Below, piece after piece: positions 35,592 to 48,616 of a stretch of 64,000 nucleotides of DNA (its first letter is position 1; the number at the start of each line of letters is the position of its first letter). Under the pieces are notes generated by a model. That model had not been told where the DNA came from. It saw only the letters and a program-made list of their open reading frames with translations, and searched no databases. This stretch comes from Vulcanimicrobiota bacterium (GTDB taxonomy: Bacteria; Vulcanimicrobiota; Vulcanimicrobiia; Vulcanimicrobiales; Vulcanimicrobiaceae), in NCBI GenBank assembly GCA_963812155.1, contig CAWETW010000002.1, forward strand, positions 224,001-288,000, given 5' to 3'. The position numbers and the translations under genes were made by a program.

Positions 35592-37637
35592 TTACGTTCC
35601 GACGAGGTCGGCGAGCGCGCGGCCGAAGATCTTCGGAGCTTTGCCTCCGAAAAGAATTCCTTCGTTCCCGCCGATTTGTTTTCGCAGTTCGATCAGCTCG
35701 TCGCGCAGCGCGGCCGCCTTTTCGAACTCCAGATTCGCCGCGAGTTCGCGCATTTTGCGCTCCAGGTCGGCGGCCGTCTTCAACGCGACCTCGCGCGGGA
35801 GCTTATCGTATTTGAATTTCTCGGCGTTCTCGGCGGTCGCGCCGACGAGGCTCAAGATGTCGTGCACTTCCTTACGGATCGACGTAGGTTCGATGCCGTG
35901 CTCGAGGTTGTAGGCGATCTGCCGCTCGCGGCGCCGGCGCGTTTCACCGATGGCGCGTGCCATCGACTCGGTCACGCCGTCGGCGTACATCAGCACTTTC
36001 CCTTCGACGTGCCGCGCCGCGCGGCCGATCGTTTGAATGAGCGACGTCCCGCTGCGCAGGTATCCTTCCTTGTCGGCATCCAGGATGCCGACCAGCGAGA
36101 CTTCGGGCAGATCTAACCCTTCGCGTAAAAGATTGATGCCGACCAAGACGTCGAATACGCCCATGCGCAAATCGCGGAGAATTGCCACGCGCTCGAGCGT
36201 ATCCACTTCGCTGTGCAGGTAGCGAGCGCGCAATCCCATCTCGAGCAAGAAATCGGTCAGGTCTTCGGCCATTTTTTTCGTGAGCGTCGTCACGAGAACG
36301 CGCTCTCCGCGGTCGACGCGCAGCCGTATCTCCTCCATCAAATCGTCGATTTGGTTGCGCGTCGGACGCACCTCGACTTCGGGATCCACCAGCCCGGTTG
36401 GACGGATGATCATCTCGACGACCTGAGCACTGCGCTGCAATTCGTACGCGGCGGGCGTCGCCGAAACGTAGACCGCCTGCGGAACGTGCTCGTCGAACTC
36501 GGCATACGTCAGCGGGCGATTGTCGAGCGCACTCGGCAGCCGGAAGCCGTGCTCGACCAGCACTTCCTTGCGCGAGCGGTCGCCGGCGTACATTCCGCGC
36601 ACCTGCGGCAGCGTCACGTGCGACTCGTCGACGAAGAGCAGCCACTCCTTGGGAAAGAAATCGATCAGGCACCACGGCGTGGATCCGGGTTCGCGGCCGG
36701 TCAGGTGCCGCGCGTAGTTTTCGATGCCGTTGCAGTAGCCGACTTCGCGCAGCATGTCGAGGTCGTAGCGCGTGCGCATTTCGAGACGTTGCGCTTCCAA
36801 CAGTTTTCCGTGCTCGCGGAAGTAGCCTAAGCGCTCCTCGAGTTCGACCTCGATGGATACGATCGCGTGGTGCAGTTTTTCCTCGGGCGTAATGAAATGT
36901 TTGGCCGGAAAGATCAAGAGTTCGCTCTTGCTTTCGACATACTCGCCCGTGAGAATGTTTACCACGCTGATCGATTCGACGTCGTCGCCGAAGAATTCGA
37001 TTCGATGCACGAGCTCCTCGTCGACGCCCACGTACTCCAACACGTCGCCGCGTACGCGGAACGTGCCGCGCACCAGATTGATGTCGTTGCGGCGGTACTG
37101 CATGTCCACGAGCCGGCGCAGCAGCACGTCGCGATCCATCGTGTCGCCGACGCGCAGGCGGGCAGACATCTCGACGTAATCCGACGGCGAGCCCAAACCG
37201 AAAATGCACGAGACCGAGGCGACGATCAGCGTATCCGGCCGGGTGAGCAGCGACTGCGTGGCGGAGTGCCGCAGCCGTTCGATCTCGTCGTTGACCGAAC
37301 TGTCCTTCTCGATGTACGTGTCGGTCGACGCCACGTATGCCTCGGGCTGGTAGTAATCGAAGTACGAAACGAAATACTCGACGGCGTTCTTGGGGAAGAA
37401 TTCGCGGAACTCGGCGCAGAGCTGAGCGGCAAGCGTCTTGTTGTGACAGAGCACCAGCGTCGGTTTCTGCACCAGCTCGACCGTGCGCGCCATCGCCATC
37501 GTCTTGCCGCTGCCGGTGACGCCGAGCAGGGTCTGGTACCGATCGCCGCCGCGGACGCCTCGGGCCAACGCCTCGGTTGCCTTCGGCTGATCGCCGGCGA
37601 GGGCGAACGGCGAAACCAACTCGAATTTCTGCGCCAT
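35592..37637 (-). CDS. uvrB: Excinuclease ABC subunit B
   Basis: [26 protein letters not shown]. Confidence 0.98.
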   Translation of the reverse strand: MAQKFELVSPFALAGDQPKATEALARGVRGGDRYQTLLGVTGSGKTMAMARTVELVQKPTLVLCHNKTLAAQLCAEFREFFPKNAVEYFVSYFDYYQPEAYVASTDTYIEKDSSVNDEIERLRHSATQSLLTRPDTLIVASVSCIFGLGSPSDYVEMSARLRVGDTMDRDVLLRRLVDMQYRRNDINLVRGTFRVRGDVLEYVGVDEELVHRIEFFGDDVESISVVNILTGEYVESKSELLIFPAKHFITPEEKLHHAIVSIEVELEERLGYFREHGKLLEAQRLEMRTRYDLDMLREVGYCNGIENYARHLTGREPGSTPWCLIDFFPKEWLLFVDESHVTLPQVRGMYAGDRSRKEVLVEHGFRLPSALDNRPLTYAEFDEHVPQAVYVSATPAAYELQRSAQVVEMIIRPTGLVDPEVEVRPTRNQIDDLMEEIRLRVDRGERVLVTTLTKKMAEDLTDFLLEMGLRARYLHSEVDTLERVAILRDLRMGVFDVLVGINLLREGLDLPEVSLVGILDADKEGYLRSGTSLIQTIGRAARHVEGKVLMYADGVTESMARAIGETRRRRERQIAYNLEHGIEPTSIRKEVHDILSLVGATAENAEKFKYDKLPREVALKTAADLERKMRELAANLEFEKAAALRDELIELRKQIGGNEGILFGGKAPKIFGRALADLVGT

Positions 37638-37763
37638 ATTCGTCCCAAACAGCCCTTCCGGTCGCCGAGGTTGCCGCGCCGGGTATCCCCGCTCGGCCAT
37701 ACCGAGGAAGCGCGGGCTTCTCGCGTGAACACCAGCCCTCCGCCTACGGGGAGAAACGACACG

Positions 37764-38780
37764 TTGAGCCAGCCTCCGCTCATTTTCAGCGGAAACTCCA
37801 ACCCGCACCTTGCCGACGAGATAGCCAAGCGTCTCAAACTGCACGTCGGTAAGGCGCTGGTCGCCGAATTCAAGAACGAGGAGACGCGCGTCGAGATCGG
37901 CGAGAACGTGCGCGGCTCCGAGGTCTTCGTCGTGCAGTCCATCTGCCGAACGCCCGAAGGCAAGAGCGTCAACGACGCGCTCATGGAACTGCTGCTCATG
38001 ATCGACGCGCTGCGCCGCGCGTCGGCAGCGCGCATCACCGCCGTCATCCCGTATTACGGTTACGCCAAGCAGGACAAGAAAACCAAAGGCCGCGAGCCGA
38101 TCTCGGCCAAGGTCGTCGCCAACCTGCTGAAGGTGACCGGCTCGAAGCGCATCGTGACGATGGACTTGCACGCCGCGCAGATTCAGGGTTTCTTCGACAT
38201 TCCGGTCGACAATCTGATGGCGATGCCGGTGCTCTGCAACTACTTGAAAAAGGAAGGCCTCTACGACGATAAGATCGTCGTCGTCTCGCCCGATGCAGGC
38301 GGCGTGCACCGCGCCGAGATCTTCGCCAAGCGGCTCAACTGTTCGCTCGCGATCGTTTTCAAGCGGCGTCCGGAGCCTGACGTCTCCGAAGTCACGGACA
38401 TCGTCGGCGACGTAACCGGCAAAATCGCGGTCATCGTCGACGACATGATTTCGACTGGCGGCACGCTCGCGAACGCGGCCGAGGCGATCAAGGCGCGCGG
38501 CGCAACGCAGGTGTACACCGTCGCCTCGCACGGCATCTTCGCCGGCGATGCCGTCGGCGTGCTCGAACATTCCGACATCGAAAAAGTGATCGTCACGAAC
38601 ACGATGCCGCTGGAGAACGTCGAACGCCATCCGAAGTTCGTGCAACTCTCGATCGCCCAAACGTTCGCGGATACGATCAGCCGCATCACGACCAACCGTT
38701 CGGTGTCGGAACTCTTTGCCGGCGACGAAACGCCCAAACTCGATCGCCCGGTTCTCGTGCCGGAAGCGGTCGTGGGCTGA
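37764..38780 (+). CDS. prs: Ribose-phosphate pyrophosphokinase
   Basis: TTG start after [35 protein letters not shown]. Confidence 0.97.
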   Translation: MSQPPLIFSGNSNPHLADEIAKRLKLHVGKALVAEFKNEETRVEIGENVRGSEVFVVQSICRTPEGKSVNDALMELLLMIDALRRASAARITAVIPYYGYAKQDKKTKGREPISAKVVANLLKVTGSKRIVTMDLHAAQIQGFFDIPVDNLMAMPVLCNYLKKEGLYDDKIVVVSPDAGGVHRAEIFAKRLNCSLAIVFKRRPEPDVSEVTDIVGDVTGKIAVIVDDMISTGGTLANAAEAIKARGATQVYTVASHGIFAGDAVGVLEHSDIEKVIVTNTMPLENVERHPKFVQLSIAQTFADTISRITTNRSVSELFAGDETPKLDRPVLVPEAVVG

Positions 38781-38807
38781 ACTTCAACCATTTTCGAAAG
38801 GTAGACC

Positions 38808-39464
38808 ATGCCCGCTAAAGAGCTGAAGCTCTCGATCGAATCTCGCGCCAAGACCGGCACGACCGGTGCCAACGCGCTGCGCCGCGCCGGAAAGATTCCG
38901 GTGGTGCTCTACGGCCACGGGGCCGCGCCCGAACACGGCGCCGTCGACGCCCACGCTTTCGAAGAGCTGCTCCATCACGGCGGCCGCAACGCGATCATCA
39001 CGCTGAGCGGCGGCGAGAAACGCGGCGAAACCGCGCTCGTGCGCGCCGTGCAGTACCATCCCGTTTCGCGAAGCGTCCTGCACGCCGACCTGCAACGGGT
39101 CTCGGCGCGTGAAACGATCACCGCGACGCTTCCGGTGGTAACGGTCGGCGTCGCGCGCGGCATTCGCGACTCCGGCGGCGTGATGGACGTCGTAACGCAC
39201 CAACTCGAAATCGAAGGACCCGCCGGCAGCATTCCCGAGCACATCGAAATCGACGTGACGGAACTCGACCTGCACGACCACGTGACCGCGGGCGACGTCA
39301 CGCTGCCCGAAGGATTCAAAATGGTGACGCCGGCCGACACGATCGTCGTTTCGATCGAGCCGTCGCGCACGGAACGCGAACTCGAAGAGGCGGCCGCGGG
39401 CCCGGGAGAAGCGCCCGAACCCGAAGTCATCGGCGAGACGCCTTCACCCGAAAAGGAGCAATAG
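38808..39464 (+). CDS. rplY: 50S ribosomal protein bL25/Ctc
   Basis: LRRAGKIPVVLYG, VQYHPV..LHAD, IPEHIEIDV. Confidence 0.95.
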   Translation: MPAKELKLSIESRAKTGTTGANALRRAGKIPVVLYGHGAAPEHGAVDAHAFEELLHHGGRNAIITLSGGEKRGETALVRAVQYHPVSRSVLHADLQRVSARETITATLPVVTVGVARGIRDSGGVMDVVTHQLEIEGPAGSIPEHIEIDVTELDLHDHVTAGDVTLPEGFKMVTPADTIVVSIEPSRTERELEEAAAGPGEAPEPEVIGETPSPEKEQ

Positions 39465-39467
39465 TTT

Positions 39468-40049
39468 CTGGCCGATCAAGGGGCGCGGCTCGTCGTCGGC
39501 TTGGGGAATCCCGGACACGAGTACGCGCAGACGCGGCACAACGCCGGCTTCATGGTGGTCGACGAGGTCGCGCGGCGCCACGGCGTGACGTCCTGGAGAA
39601 AGAAAGACAGCGCCGAGCAGGCCTACGATTCGGTTCGGCGCGTCGTGTTCGTGAAGCCGATCTCGTTCATGAACTTGAGCGGCACGCCGGTGCGGCTGAT
39701 TTCGTCGTGGTATCGCACGCCGGCCGAAGACGTGCTCGTCGTCGTCGACGAGATGGACTTGCCGTTCGGCAAACTTCGCATGCGCCCGTTCGGCGGCCAC
39801 GGCGGCCATAACGGGCTGCGATCGGTGATCGCCACGATCGGCGACGGATTCCCGCGCTTGCGCGTCGGCGTGGGACGTCCGCAGGACGACTCCATCGATC
39901 ACGTGTTGGGAACGTTCGACCAAGCCGAACGGCGCGACGTGCCCGCGATCCTTTCCGCCGCAGCCGATGCCGTCGAACTCTGGCTCGGCGACGGCCTCGA
40001 CGCGGCGATGCGCTTTGCGAATACCTGGGAAGCTACGGACAGCCGCTAG
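39468..40049 (+). CDS. pth: Peptidyl-tRNA hydrolase (probable CTG start)
   Basis: LVVGLGNPG, TRHNAGF, FMNLSG, GGHNGLRS. Confidence 0.93.
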   Translation: MADQGARLVVGLGNPGHEYAQTRHNAGFMVVDEVARRHGVTSWRKKDSAEQAYDSVRRVVFVKPISFMNLSGTPVRLISSWYRTPAEDVLVVVDEMDLPFGKLRMRPFGGHGGHNGLRSVIATIGDGFPRLRVGVGRPQDDSIDHVLGTFDQAERRDVPAILSAAADAVELWLGDGLDAAMRFANTWEATDSR

Positions 40050-41298
40050 GCACGCCGTTGATGGCTTCGGCGCGCACCGCCGGACTGGGATGCGCGTCGA
40101 GGAACAGATGCGGTAGAAATTCCGGACAGACTTCCTGCGTCCGGCGGTCGGCCGCGCGCACGATCGCGCGAACCGCAGCGGGCCGGTCGGCCGTCAACGA
40201 GAGCGCATAGCCATCGGCAGCCACGTCGTAGGATCGCAGCGCCGCGTTGCGCACCGGCACCGCGACGATGTAGACGATCGCCAACAGCGCGCCGACCAGT
40301 GCCAAGCGCGAGAGCGGGTCGTCGTCGCGCCGAAAACCGATGCGATCGGCCAGTACGATGGCCAGCGCCGAAAAAACGATGATGATGCCGCCTTCGATCA
40401 GCGCGAAGAACAGCGGATCGGCATGGAGCGAGTGGCCGATTTCGTAGGTAACCACGTAGACGATCTCCGGAATCGTGCTGCCCGCGACGAGCGAACTCGT
40501 CAACACCACGCGCCGGAACGGGCCGAGGCCCACCACGACCGCATCGGGCAGCGACGACGTCCGGCTCCGCCGGACGAGCACGGGTACGGGAGGCACGCGG
40601 CCGCGCGCGAGCGTCGTCTCGATGCCCTGGCGGATCGCGCCGCCCGCCGGTTGCAAGCCCCACGCGCCGGGAACCTCGAAAAGCGGGCTCGCATACGACC
40701 AGGCGAGGCTCGCGCCCAAAACGATCACGACGGTGTAGGCGTACCACTGGTGCGTTCGATCGACGAGCCATAACACGACCGCAACGATGATGCCCGCGAC
40801 GATCATGGCGAGGATCGTATGAAAGATCCAATACGCCGCCCAGACGCGCGTCAGCTCGGGAGAGAGTCCCATCGCACGTTCGACGCGGTAGAGGTAGAAC
40901 GCGGGAAGCAATGCCGCCACGCGAGCGATCAGCGCGAGCGTCGCGCCGAATACGAAACGCACCGTCGCCTCGCCGGCAATGCGCCGGCGCAACCGGTCGC
41001 GCATCGTTGCGGCCGCGCCGGAACTCCAGAAATACGCCAGTGCCGCCGCTTCGAAGAGGGCCGCCAGCAGCCAGCCGGGCAGCGTCATCTGCGCGCGCCG
41101 CCGCGCTGCGGCTTGCCGGTCGGGATCGACCAGCGCGATGACCGGCTGCGTCGTCAACGCGTGCTGCGAGATCTCGTCGACGCGCCGGTCGAGTTCGTTC
41201 GGGGCTTGCGATGCGGCCGAGCCGAACGCGAACGCCGCGGAGAACAGCGTCACCGCGAGCAGCGCGGCTCGGACGATCCGCCGAAACTCGAACGGCAT
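40033..41298 (-). CDS. M48/Ste24-like membrane protein with degenerate Zn motif
   Basis: GLGPFRRVVL, YEIGH (for HExxH), DVAADGYA, HPS; multiple TM segments. Confidence 0.75.
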   Translation of the reverse strand: MPFEFRRIVRAALLAVTLFSAAFAFGSAASQAPNELDRRVDEISQHALTTQPVIALVDPDRQAAARRRAQMTLPGWLLAALFEAAALAYFWSSGAAATMRDRLRRRIAGEATVRFVFGATLALIARVAALLPAFYLYRVERAMGLSPELTRVWAAYWIFHTILAMIVAGIIVAVVLWLVDRTHQWYAYTVVIVLGASLAWSYASPLFEVPGAWGLQPAGGAIRQGIETTLARGRVPPVPVLVRRSRTSSLPDAVVVGLGPFRRVVLTSSLVAGSTIPEIVYVVTYEIGHSLHADPLFFALIEGGIIIVFSALAIVLADRIGFRRDDDPLSRLALVGALLAIVYIVAVPVRNAALRSYDVAADGYALSLTADRPAAVRAIVRAADRRTQEVCPEFLPHLFLDAHPSPAVRAEAINGVPSGCP

Positions 41299-41319
41299 CG
41301 CAAATGGGTTCGCGATGGC

Positions 41320-42366
41320 CTACGGGCGGCCTCCGGCCCGAAGCGTCGCATAGACGCCTGGCGACGCGGCGAACGAAACCCGATCGCGCCCACTGCGCTT
41401 GCTGCAATACATCGCTGCATCCGCGACGTCGAGCAAGGCGTTTGCGGTCGCCGCATCGTGCGGGAATGCGGCGACGCCGACGCTCGCGGTCACGCGCACC
41501 GGCACGCCGAAGTCGCCGCCGCGCACGGCGTCGCAGAACGCCTGCGCGCGCTCGATGGCGCGCCGTTTTTCCGTCACCCGCAGCAGCGCGCAGAATTCGT
41601 CGCCGCCGTGGCGCGCCGCCACATCGAGCCCGGCGACGAGATGGCCGTCGAGAAGCGACGCGACGCGCTGCAGCACGCCGTCGCCCGCGCGGTGTCCAAA
41701 GCGATCGTTGACCTCCTTGAAGCAGTCGGTATCCGCGTACCATAGGCAAAACGTGCGGCCGCCGCTCCCGGCGCGAGACGTTTCTTCGGCAAGGCGGTGC
41801 CGAAAGGCGCGCGCCGAGAGTAAGCCCGTCAGCGGATCGCGCGCCGCATCGTCGCGATCCGTCTCGCGCTCCAGCGCGACGGCATAGGGCGCGGCGGCTC
41901 GTTCGATGACGGACACGATTGCGTCGCAGGCGCTGCCTTCGAGCACCTGCGGCGAGGCGGCATACACCACGCTCGAGAGCGTTCCCCCGGCGGCCAGCGG
42001 CACTGCAATCGCGAAACGGTCGGTCGGCGCAATCGCTTCTCCGCCCGTCGCGAGCGCGGCACGGCAGCCGGTTTGCGCGGCGAGCGCCGGAAGGCGCCGC
42101 GCATCGTCGCGCCGCAGACGAACGCCGCTCAGGTACGCGGCTCTCGCGCCGGCGGCATAGACGCACGCGAGATCCTCACCGCACGGATGGAAAATGAGCA
42201 GCACGTCGACGCGCGCATCCACCGCGCGAAGCGTGCTTTGCAGCCGTTCGACCACCGCGGCGCTCGACCGCAGCGATGCATCCGAAAACGCGCCGGCGGC
42301 ATCGAGGAGCCGGTGCATTCGACGGGTCTCCGCGTGCGCGCGCCGGAGCTCTCGCAATCGCCACAC
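41320..42366 (-). CDS. Diguanylate cyclase (GAF-like plus GGDEF)
   Basis: DPLTGL, DTDCFKEVNDRFGH, RHGGDEF, ADAAMY. Confidence 0.9.
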   Translation of the reverse strand: MWRLRELRRAHAETRRMHRLLDAAGAFSDASLRSSAAVVERLQSTLRAVDARVDVLLIFHPCGEDLACVYAAGARAAYLSGVRLRRDDARRLPALAAQTGCRAALATGGEAIAPTDRFAIAVPLAAGGTLSSVVYAASPQVLEGSACDAIVSVIERAAAPYAVALERETDRDDAARDPLTGLLSARAFRHRLAEETSRAGSGGRTFCLWYADTDCFKEVNDRFGHRAGDGVLQRVASLLDGHLVAGLDVAARHGGDEFCALLRVTEKRRAIERAQAFCDAVRGGDFGVPVRVTASVGVAAFPHDAATANALLDVADAAMYCSKRSGRDRVSFAASPGVYATLRAGGRP

Positions 42367-42395
42367 GGGTGGATAGTGCCCGCGTCGTGCGTACC

Positions 42396-43729
42396 CTACT
42401 TTTTCGGTAAAGGACGGGCCGGATTGCCGGCGACGCGTTCGCCCGGCGCGACGTCACGCGTCACGACCGAACCGGCTCCGGTCAGCGCGCCGTCACCGAT
42501 CGAGACGGGAGCCACCAGCGAAGAGTTCGAGCCGATGAAGACGTCGCTGCCGACGATCGTCTCGTTCTTGTTTTCGCCGTCGTAGTTGCACGTGATCGTT
42601 CCGGCGCCGATGTTGGTTTCGCTGCCGATAATCGCATCGCCGAGATAACTCAGATGCGAGGCTTTCACGCCGGCGTCGAGCCGCGATTTCTTGATTTCGA
42701 CGAAGTTGCCGACCCGCACGTTCTCACCGAGCGTGGAGTCGCCGCGCAGGTGAGCGTAGGGGCCGATCGTCGTGCCCGCGCCGATCGTTGCATCGATAAC
42801 GACGCTTTCGCGGACCGTGACGCCGGAGCCGAGGACGGCATTAGAGATGCGGGTGTTGGGCCCGATCGTACACGCTTCGCCGATCTCGCTCAAGCGCGAG
42901 ATCGCCGTATTCGGATAGACGACGGTATCGGGACCGATGCGCAGTTCGGGCTCGAGATACGTCGTCGCCGGATCGACGATCGTTACGCCGGCCAACATGT
43001 AGCGGTCGCACAAGCGCGCGTTCATCTCGCGCCGCGCTCGCGCGAGGTCCGAGCGGTCGTTAATGCCGATTGCATCCAGCGGACGCGGCGACGCGACCGG
43101 GTGAACGCGCTTGCCGCGCGTCACGAAATAGCCGACGGCGTCGGTGAGATAGTATTCGCCTTGCGCGTTATCGCTGCGCAGATTGGCGACCGCCTCGCGC
43201 AGGTCGGGCTCGCGGAACGCGTAGATGCCCGCGTTCATCTCGTCGATCTGCATTTCCGCGGGCGTCGCGTCGCGAGCTTCGACGATGCGCGCTACGCCGG
43301 CTTCGTCGCGCACGATGCGCCCGAAGCTCGAGGGCAGACCGAGCTTGACCGTCACGAGGGCCATCGCAGACTCGCCGCCGGCACGTTCGAGTGCCGATGC
43401 AACCGCGACGAACGCATCTTCGGAAATGAGCGGCATGTCGCCGTAGACGACGAGGATTAGGCCGTCGCGAAGCGCTAGCGACTCGAGCGCCACCTGCACC
43501 GCGTCGCCGGTGCCGCGCTGCTCCGGCTGCACCACGCCCTCGACGCCGAATTCACCGATGCGCTCTTGCAGTTCGGCATTCGTGACGACCAAGATGTCGG
43601 CAATGCCCGCGCGGCGCAACGCCTCGATGACGAACCACAGCATCGGGCGCCCGCACAGTTCGTGCAGCACCTTCGAGCGCGCGCTCTTCATGCGCGTGCC
43701 CTTTCCGGCGGCCAGCAAAATCGCTCGCA

Positions 43730-43730
<1 letters not shown>
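42396..43730 (-). CDS. glmU: Bifunctional GlmU
   Basis: LAAGKGTRMKS, EYYLTD, GNFVE.K, HLSYLGD, NYDG. Confidence 0.97.
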
Positions 43731-45598
<1,868 letters not shown>

Positions 45599-45725
45599 GG
45601 TTCCTTTCGTTGCGCGACAGGCTCAACCTCAGCGCCTCTTCGAGCTTTCCCTTTACCTCGGAGAGCGTGCGCCGAAAGCGCCGGCGCTCGAGATCGGTCG
45701 TGAATCTCACGCTAGTGTCCCGACA

Positions 45726-47438
45726 CTAAAAGACCGAGCGTTCGGTATAGCGGCCGTACACCTCGACCATCGCTTCGACGATCTCTCCCTCGGTGCAGTA
45801 CGCGTTGACGCAATCAATCAGATGCGGCATCACGTTGTCTTTCGGATCGCGGCACGCGCGCTGCAGCCGTTCCAGCGTGGCTCCTACCGCAGCCGCATCG
45901 CGGTTCGCACGCACGGCTTGAACCGAGCGTGCTTGCTCGCGCTCCATCTCCTGGGTGATCTTGAGTAAGTCGATCTCCATCTGTTCGTCGTCGCGCACGA
46001 ACGCGTTGACGCCGACGATGATGCGCTCCTTGCTTTCGATCGAACGCTGATACCGGTACGACGCTTCGGCGATCTCCTTTTGGAAGAATCCCGCCTCGAT
46101 CGCCTCGACGACGCCGCCGTATTCGGCGATCTGGGCGAAATAGGCCTCGGCTTGGCGTTCCATCTCGTCGGTCAGAGCTTCGACGTAGTACGATCCCCCG
46201 AGCGGATCGACGACGTTGGTGACGTTCGTTTCGTACGCAAGCACTTGCTGCGTGCGAAGCGCGATTTCGACCGACTTCTCGGTCGGCAGCGCCAGCACTT
46301 CGTCCATCGAGTTCGTGTGCAGCGACTGCGTACCGCCGAGAACCGCCGCCATCGCCTCGAAGGCCACGCGCACGATGTTGTTTTCGGGCTGCTGCGCGGT
46401 GGCGCTGCAGCCGGCGGTTTGCGTGTGGAAGCGCAGCTGCCACGACTTCGGATTCTTCGCGCCGTAGCGTTCGCGCATGTGGCGCGCGTAGATGCGGCGC
46501 GCGGCGCGGAACTTCGCGATCTCCTCGAAGAAGTCGACGTGCGAGTTGAAAAAGAACGAAAGGCGCGGAGCGAACGAGTCGACGTCCATCCCGGCGGCCA
46601 TGCAGGCTTCGACGTACGCGAATCCGTCGGCCAGCGTGAACGCGAGTTCTTGAGCCGCCGTCGAGCCGGCCTCGCGAATGTGATATCCGGAGATCGAGAT
46701 CGTGTTCCACTTCGGCATCTCTTGCGTGCAGAACTCGATCATGTCGACGATGATGCGCATGTGCGGACGCGGCGGAAAGATCCACTCTTTCTGCGCGATG
46801 TACTCTTTGAGAATGTCGGCTTGAATGGTGCCGCCGAGTTTCGCGCGCGGAATGCCCTTCTTCTCGGCAGCCGCTACGTATTGCGCGACCGCAATCGCGG
46901 CCGGTCCGTTGATCGTCATCGACGTCGTGATGTCGCCCATGTCGATACCGTCGAAGAGCACTTCCATGTCGGCCAGCGAGTCGATCGCGACGCCGCACTT
47001 GCCGACCTCGCCGAGCGCTTGCGGCGCATCGGAGTCGTATCCCATCAGCGTCGGCATGTCGAAGGCGACGGAGAGTCCGTGCTGCCCTTGTCCGAGCAGG
47101 AAATGATAGCGCTCGTTGGTCTGCTTGGCGGTGCCGAAGCCGGCGAACTGCCGCATCGTCCAGAGACGGTCGCGATAGCCGTTGGGATGGATGCCGCGCG
47201 TGTACGGATATTCGCCCGGCCACGCCAGATCGCGCGCCAGGTCGAGATGCGCGACGTCCTCGGGACCGTAGACGGTCTTCAGCGGAACGTCGGACATCGT
47301 GCGGTCGACCGCGCCGGAGCCGGCGCCTTTGCGCCGCTTCCCGCGCGCCGACAGCTCGTGCCAGCGTTGCTTCTGTTCCTCGAACTCCGGGGTCGCCGGC
47401 GCGCCCAGTCCACTCGGGCGCTCGATCATTTTGGCCAA
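45726..47438 (-). CDS. Acyl-CoA mutase large subunit, isobutyryl-CoA mutase (IcmA) type
   Basis: [10 protein letters not shown] (Phe) and [14 protein letters not shown] (Gln) specificity residues; GYHIREAG. Confidence 0.88.
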   Translation of the reverse strand: MAKMIERPSGLGAPATPEFEEQKQRWHELSARGKRRKGAGSGAVDRTMSDVPLKTVYGPEDVAHLDLARDLAWPGEYPYTRGIHPNGYRDRLWTMRQFAGFGTAKQTNERYHFLLGQGQHGLSVAFDMPTLMGYDSDAPQALGEVGKCGVAIDSLADMEVLFDGIDMGDITTSMTINGPAAIAVAQYVAAAEKKGIPRAKLGGTIQADILKEYIAQKEWIFPPRPHMRIIVDMIEFCTQEMPKWNTISISGYHIREAGSTAAQELAFTLADGFAYVEACMAAGMDVDSFAPRLSFFFNSHVDFFEEIAKFRAARRIYARHMRERYGAKNPKSWQLRFHTQTAGCSATAQQPENNIVRVAFEAMAAVLGGTQSLHTNSMDEVLALPTEKSVEIALRTQQVLAYETNVTNVVDPLGGSYYVEALTDEMERQAEAYFAQIAEYGGVVEAIEAGFFQKEIAEASYRYQRSIESKERIIVGVNAFVRDDEQMEIDLLKITQEMEREQARSVQAVRANRDAAAVGATLERLQRACRDPKDNVMPHLIDCVNAYCTEGEIVEAMVEVYGRYTERSVF

Positions 47439-47524
47439 GCCGGTTCCTCTTTATATTCCTGGATGCGGTCCGTTATCGAGCCGCAACGCTTCGACGGGAG
47501 GCCGCGAATCTCCCCAAGCGGGTG

Positions 47525-48523
47525 CTAGTTGAGGCCTTTGACGGTGGCTCGCGGGCGGGGAACCGAACCGAAGTCATCACCTTCGCCGTCGTCTGCGCCA
47601 AAAGTCGTGAGGACTCGGTCGGCGGCGGCGTACGGGTCGATGCCCTCGGGAGCCGACCCTAGCAGCGTACGGTCGAGCCGCCGCTCCAAGCGGCCCAGGG
47701 CGAGTTGGCGAACTTGATGCAGAAATGCCTCGCGGCGTTTCTCGTGCACCTCGCCGGTCTCGTTCAAATACGCGATGTGACGCTCGATTGCCGCCCATAA
47801 ATCGGCGATCCCGTCGCCCGTGAGCGCCTGCGTCGTCACGAGTTCGGGAACCCAGCCGGGAAAATTCAGCATCTCCATCATCGAGCGAATCTCGCGGCGC
47901 AGTTGGTTCGCCATCGGGTGATCGGCTTTGTTGACGACGAAGACGTCGGCGATCTCCATGATGCCGGCCTTGAGCACCTGAATCGAATCGCCCGATCCCG
48001 GCTGCAGCGCGACGAGAGTCGTTTGCGCGAGCTCCGCGATCTCGATTTCGCTCTGACCGACGCCCACCGTCTCGATCAGCACGACGTCGAGGCCGAACGC
48101 ATCCATCAGCGATACGGCGTCGGCCGTGGCACCCGCGACGCCGCCGAGATGGCCGCGGCTCGCCATCGAGCGAATGAAGACGTCGTCGTCGGTGAAGTGC
48201 TCGGTAAGCCTGATCCGGTCGCCGAGCAGCGCGCCGTGCGAGAACGGCGAGGTCGGATCGACCGAAACGACGCCGACGCTCTTACCGAGTTCGCGCGCCG
48301 TGCGCACCAGCGCCGACGAGAGCGTCGATTTTCCGACGCCTGGCGGCCCGGTGAGACCGATAGTCGTCGCGCGTCCGGTGCTCGCGTAGAGCGCGCGAAT
48401 CAACTCCGCGCCGCGCCCCGCCTCGGCCCACGAAATGGCGCGCGCGAGCGCGCGCGGTTTGCGTTCGCGAAAATCGCTGAGCAGTTCGGTGAATTCGTAT
48501 CGCGGAGCCAAGGAGCGAATCAT
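47525..48523 (-). CDS. meaB: MeaB/ArgK-family GTPase chaperone
   Basis: GPPGVGKST, VDPTSP, GDRIR, ETVGVGQSE, NKAD. Confidence 0.93.
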   Translation of the reverse strand: MIRSLAPRYEFTELLSDFRERKPRALARAISWAEAGRGAELIRALYASTGRATTIGLTGPPGVGKSTLSSALVRTARELGKSVGVVSVDPTSPFSHGALLGDRIRLTEHFTDDDVFIRSMASRGHLGGVAGATADAVSLMDAFGLDVVLIETVGVGQSEIEIAELAQTTLVALQPGSGDSIQVLKAGIMEIADVFVVNKADHPMANQLRREIRSMMEMLNFPGWVPELVTTQALTGDGIADLWAAIERHIAYLNETGEVHEKRREAFLHQVRQLALGRLERRLDRTLLGSAPEGIDPYAAADRVLTTFGADDGEGDDFGSVPRPRATVKGLN

Positions 48524-48616
48524 TGCGGTCCGCGCACGCGCGGCCCTGCCTTGGGCAGTCTGTTCCTAAACCTTGCTCAAGGAGCGAAGGTCAATGCAAA
48601 GCGAAGGTTTGCTTTC

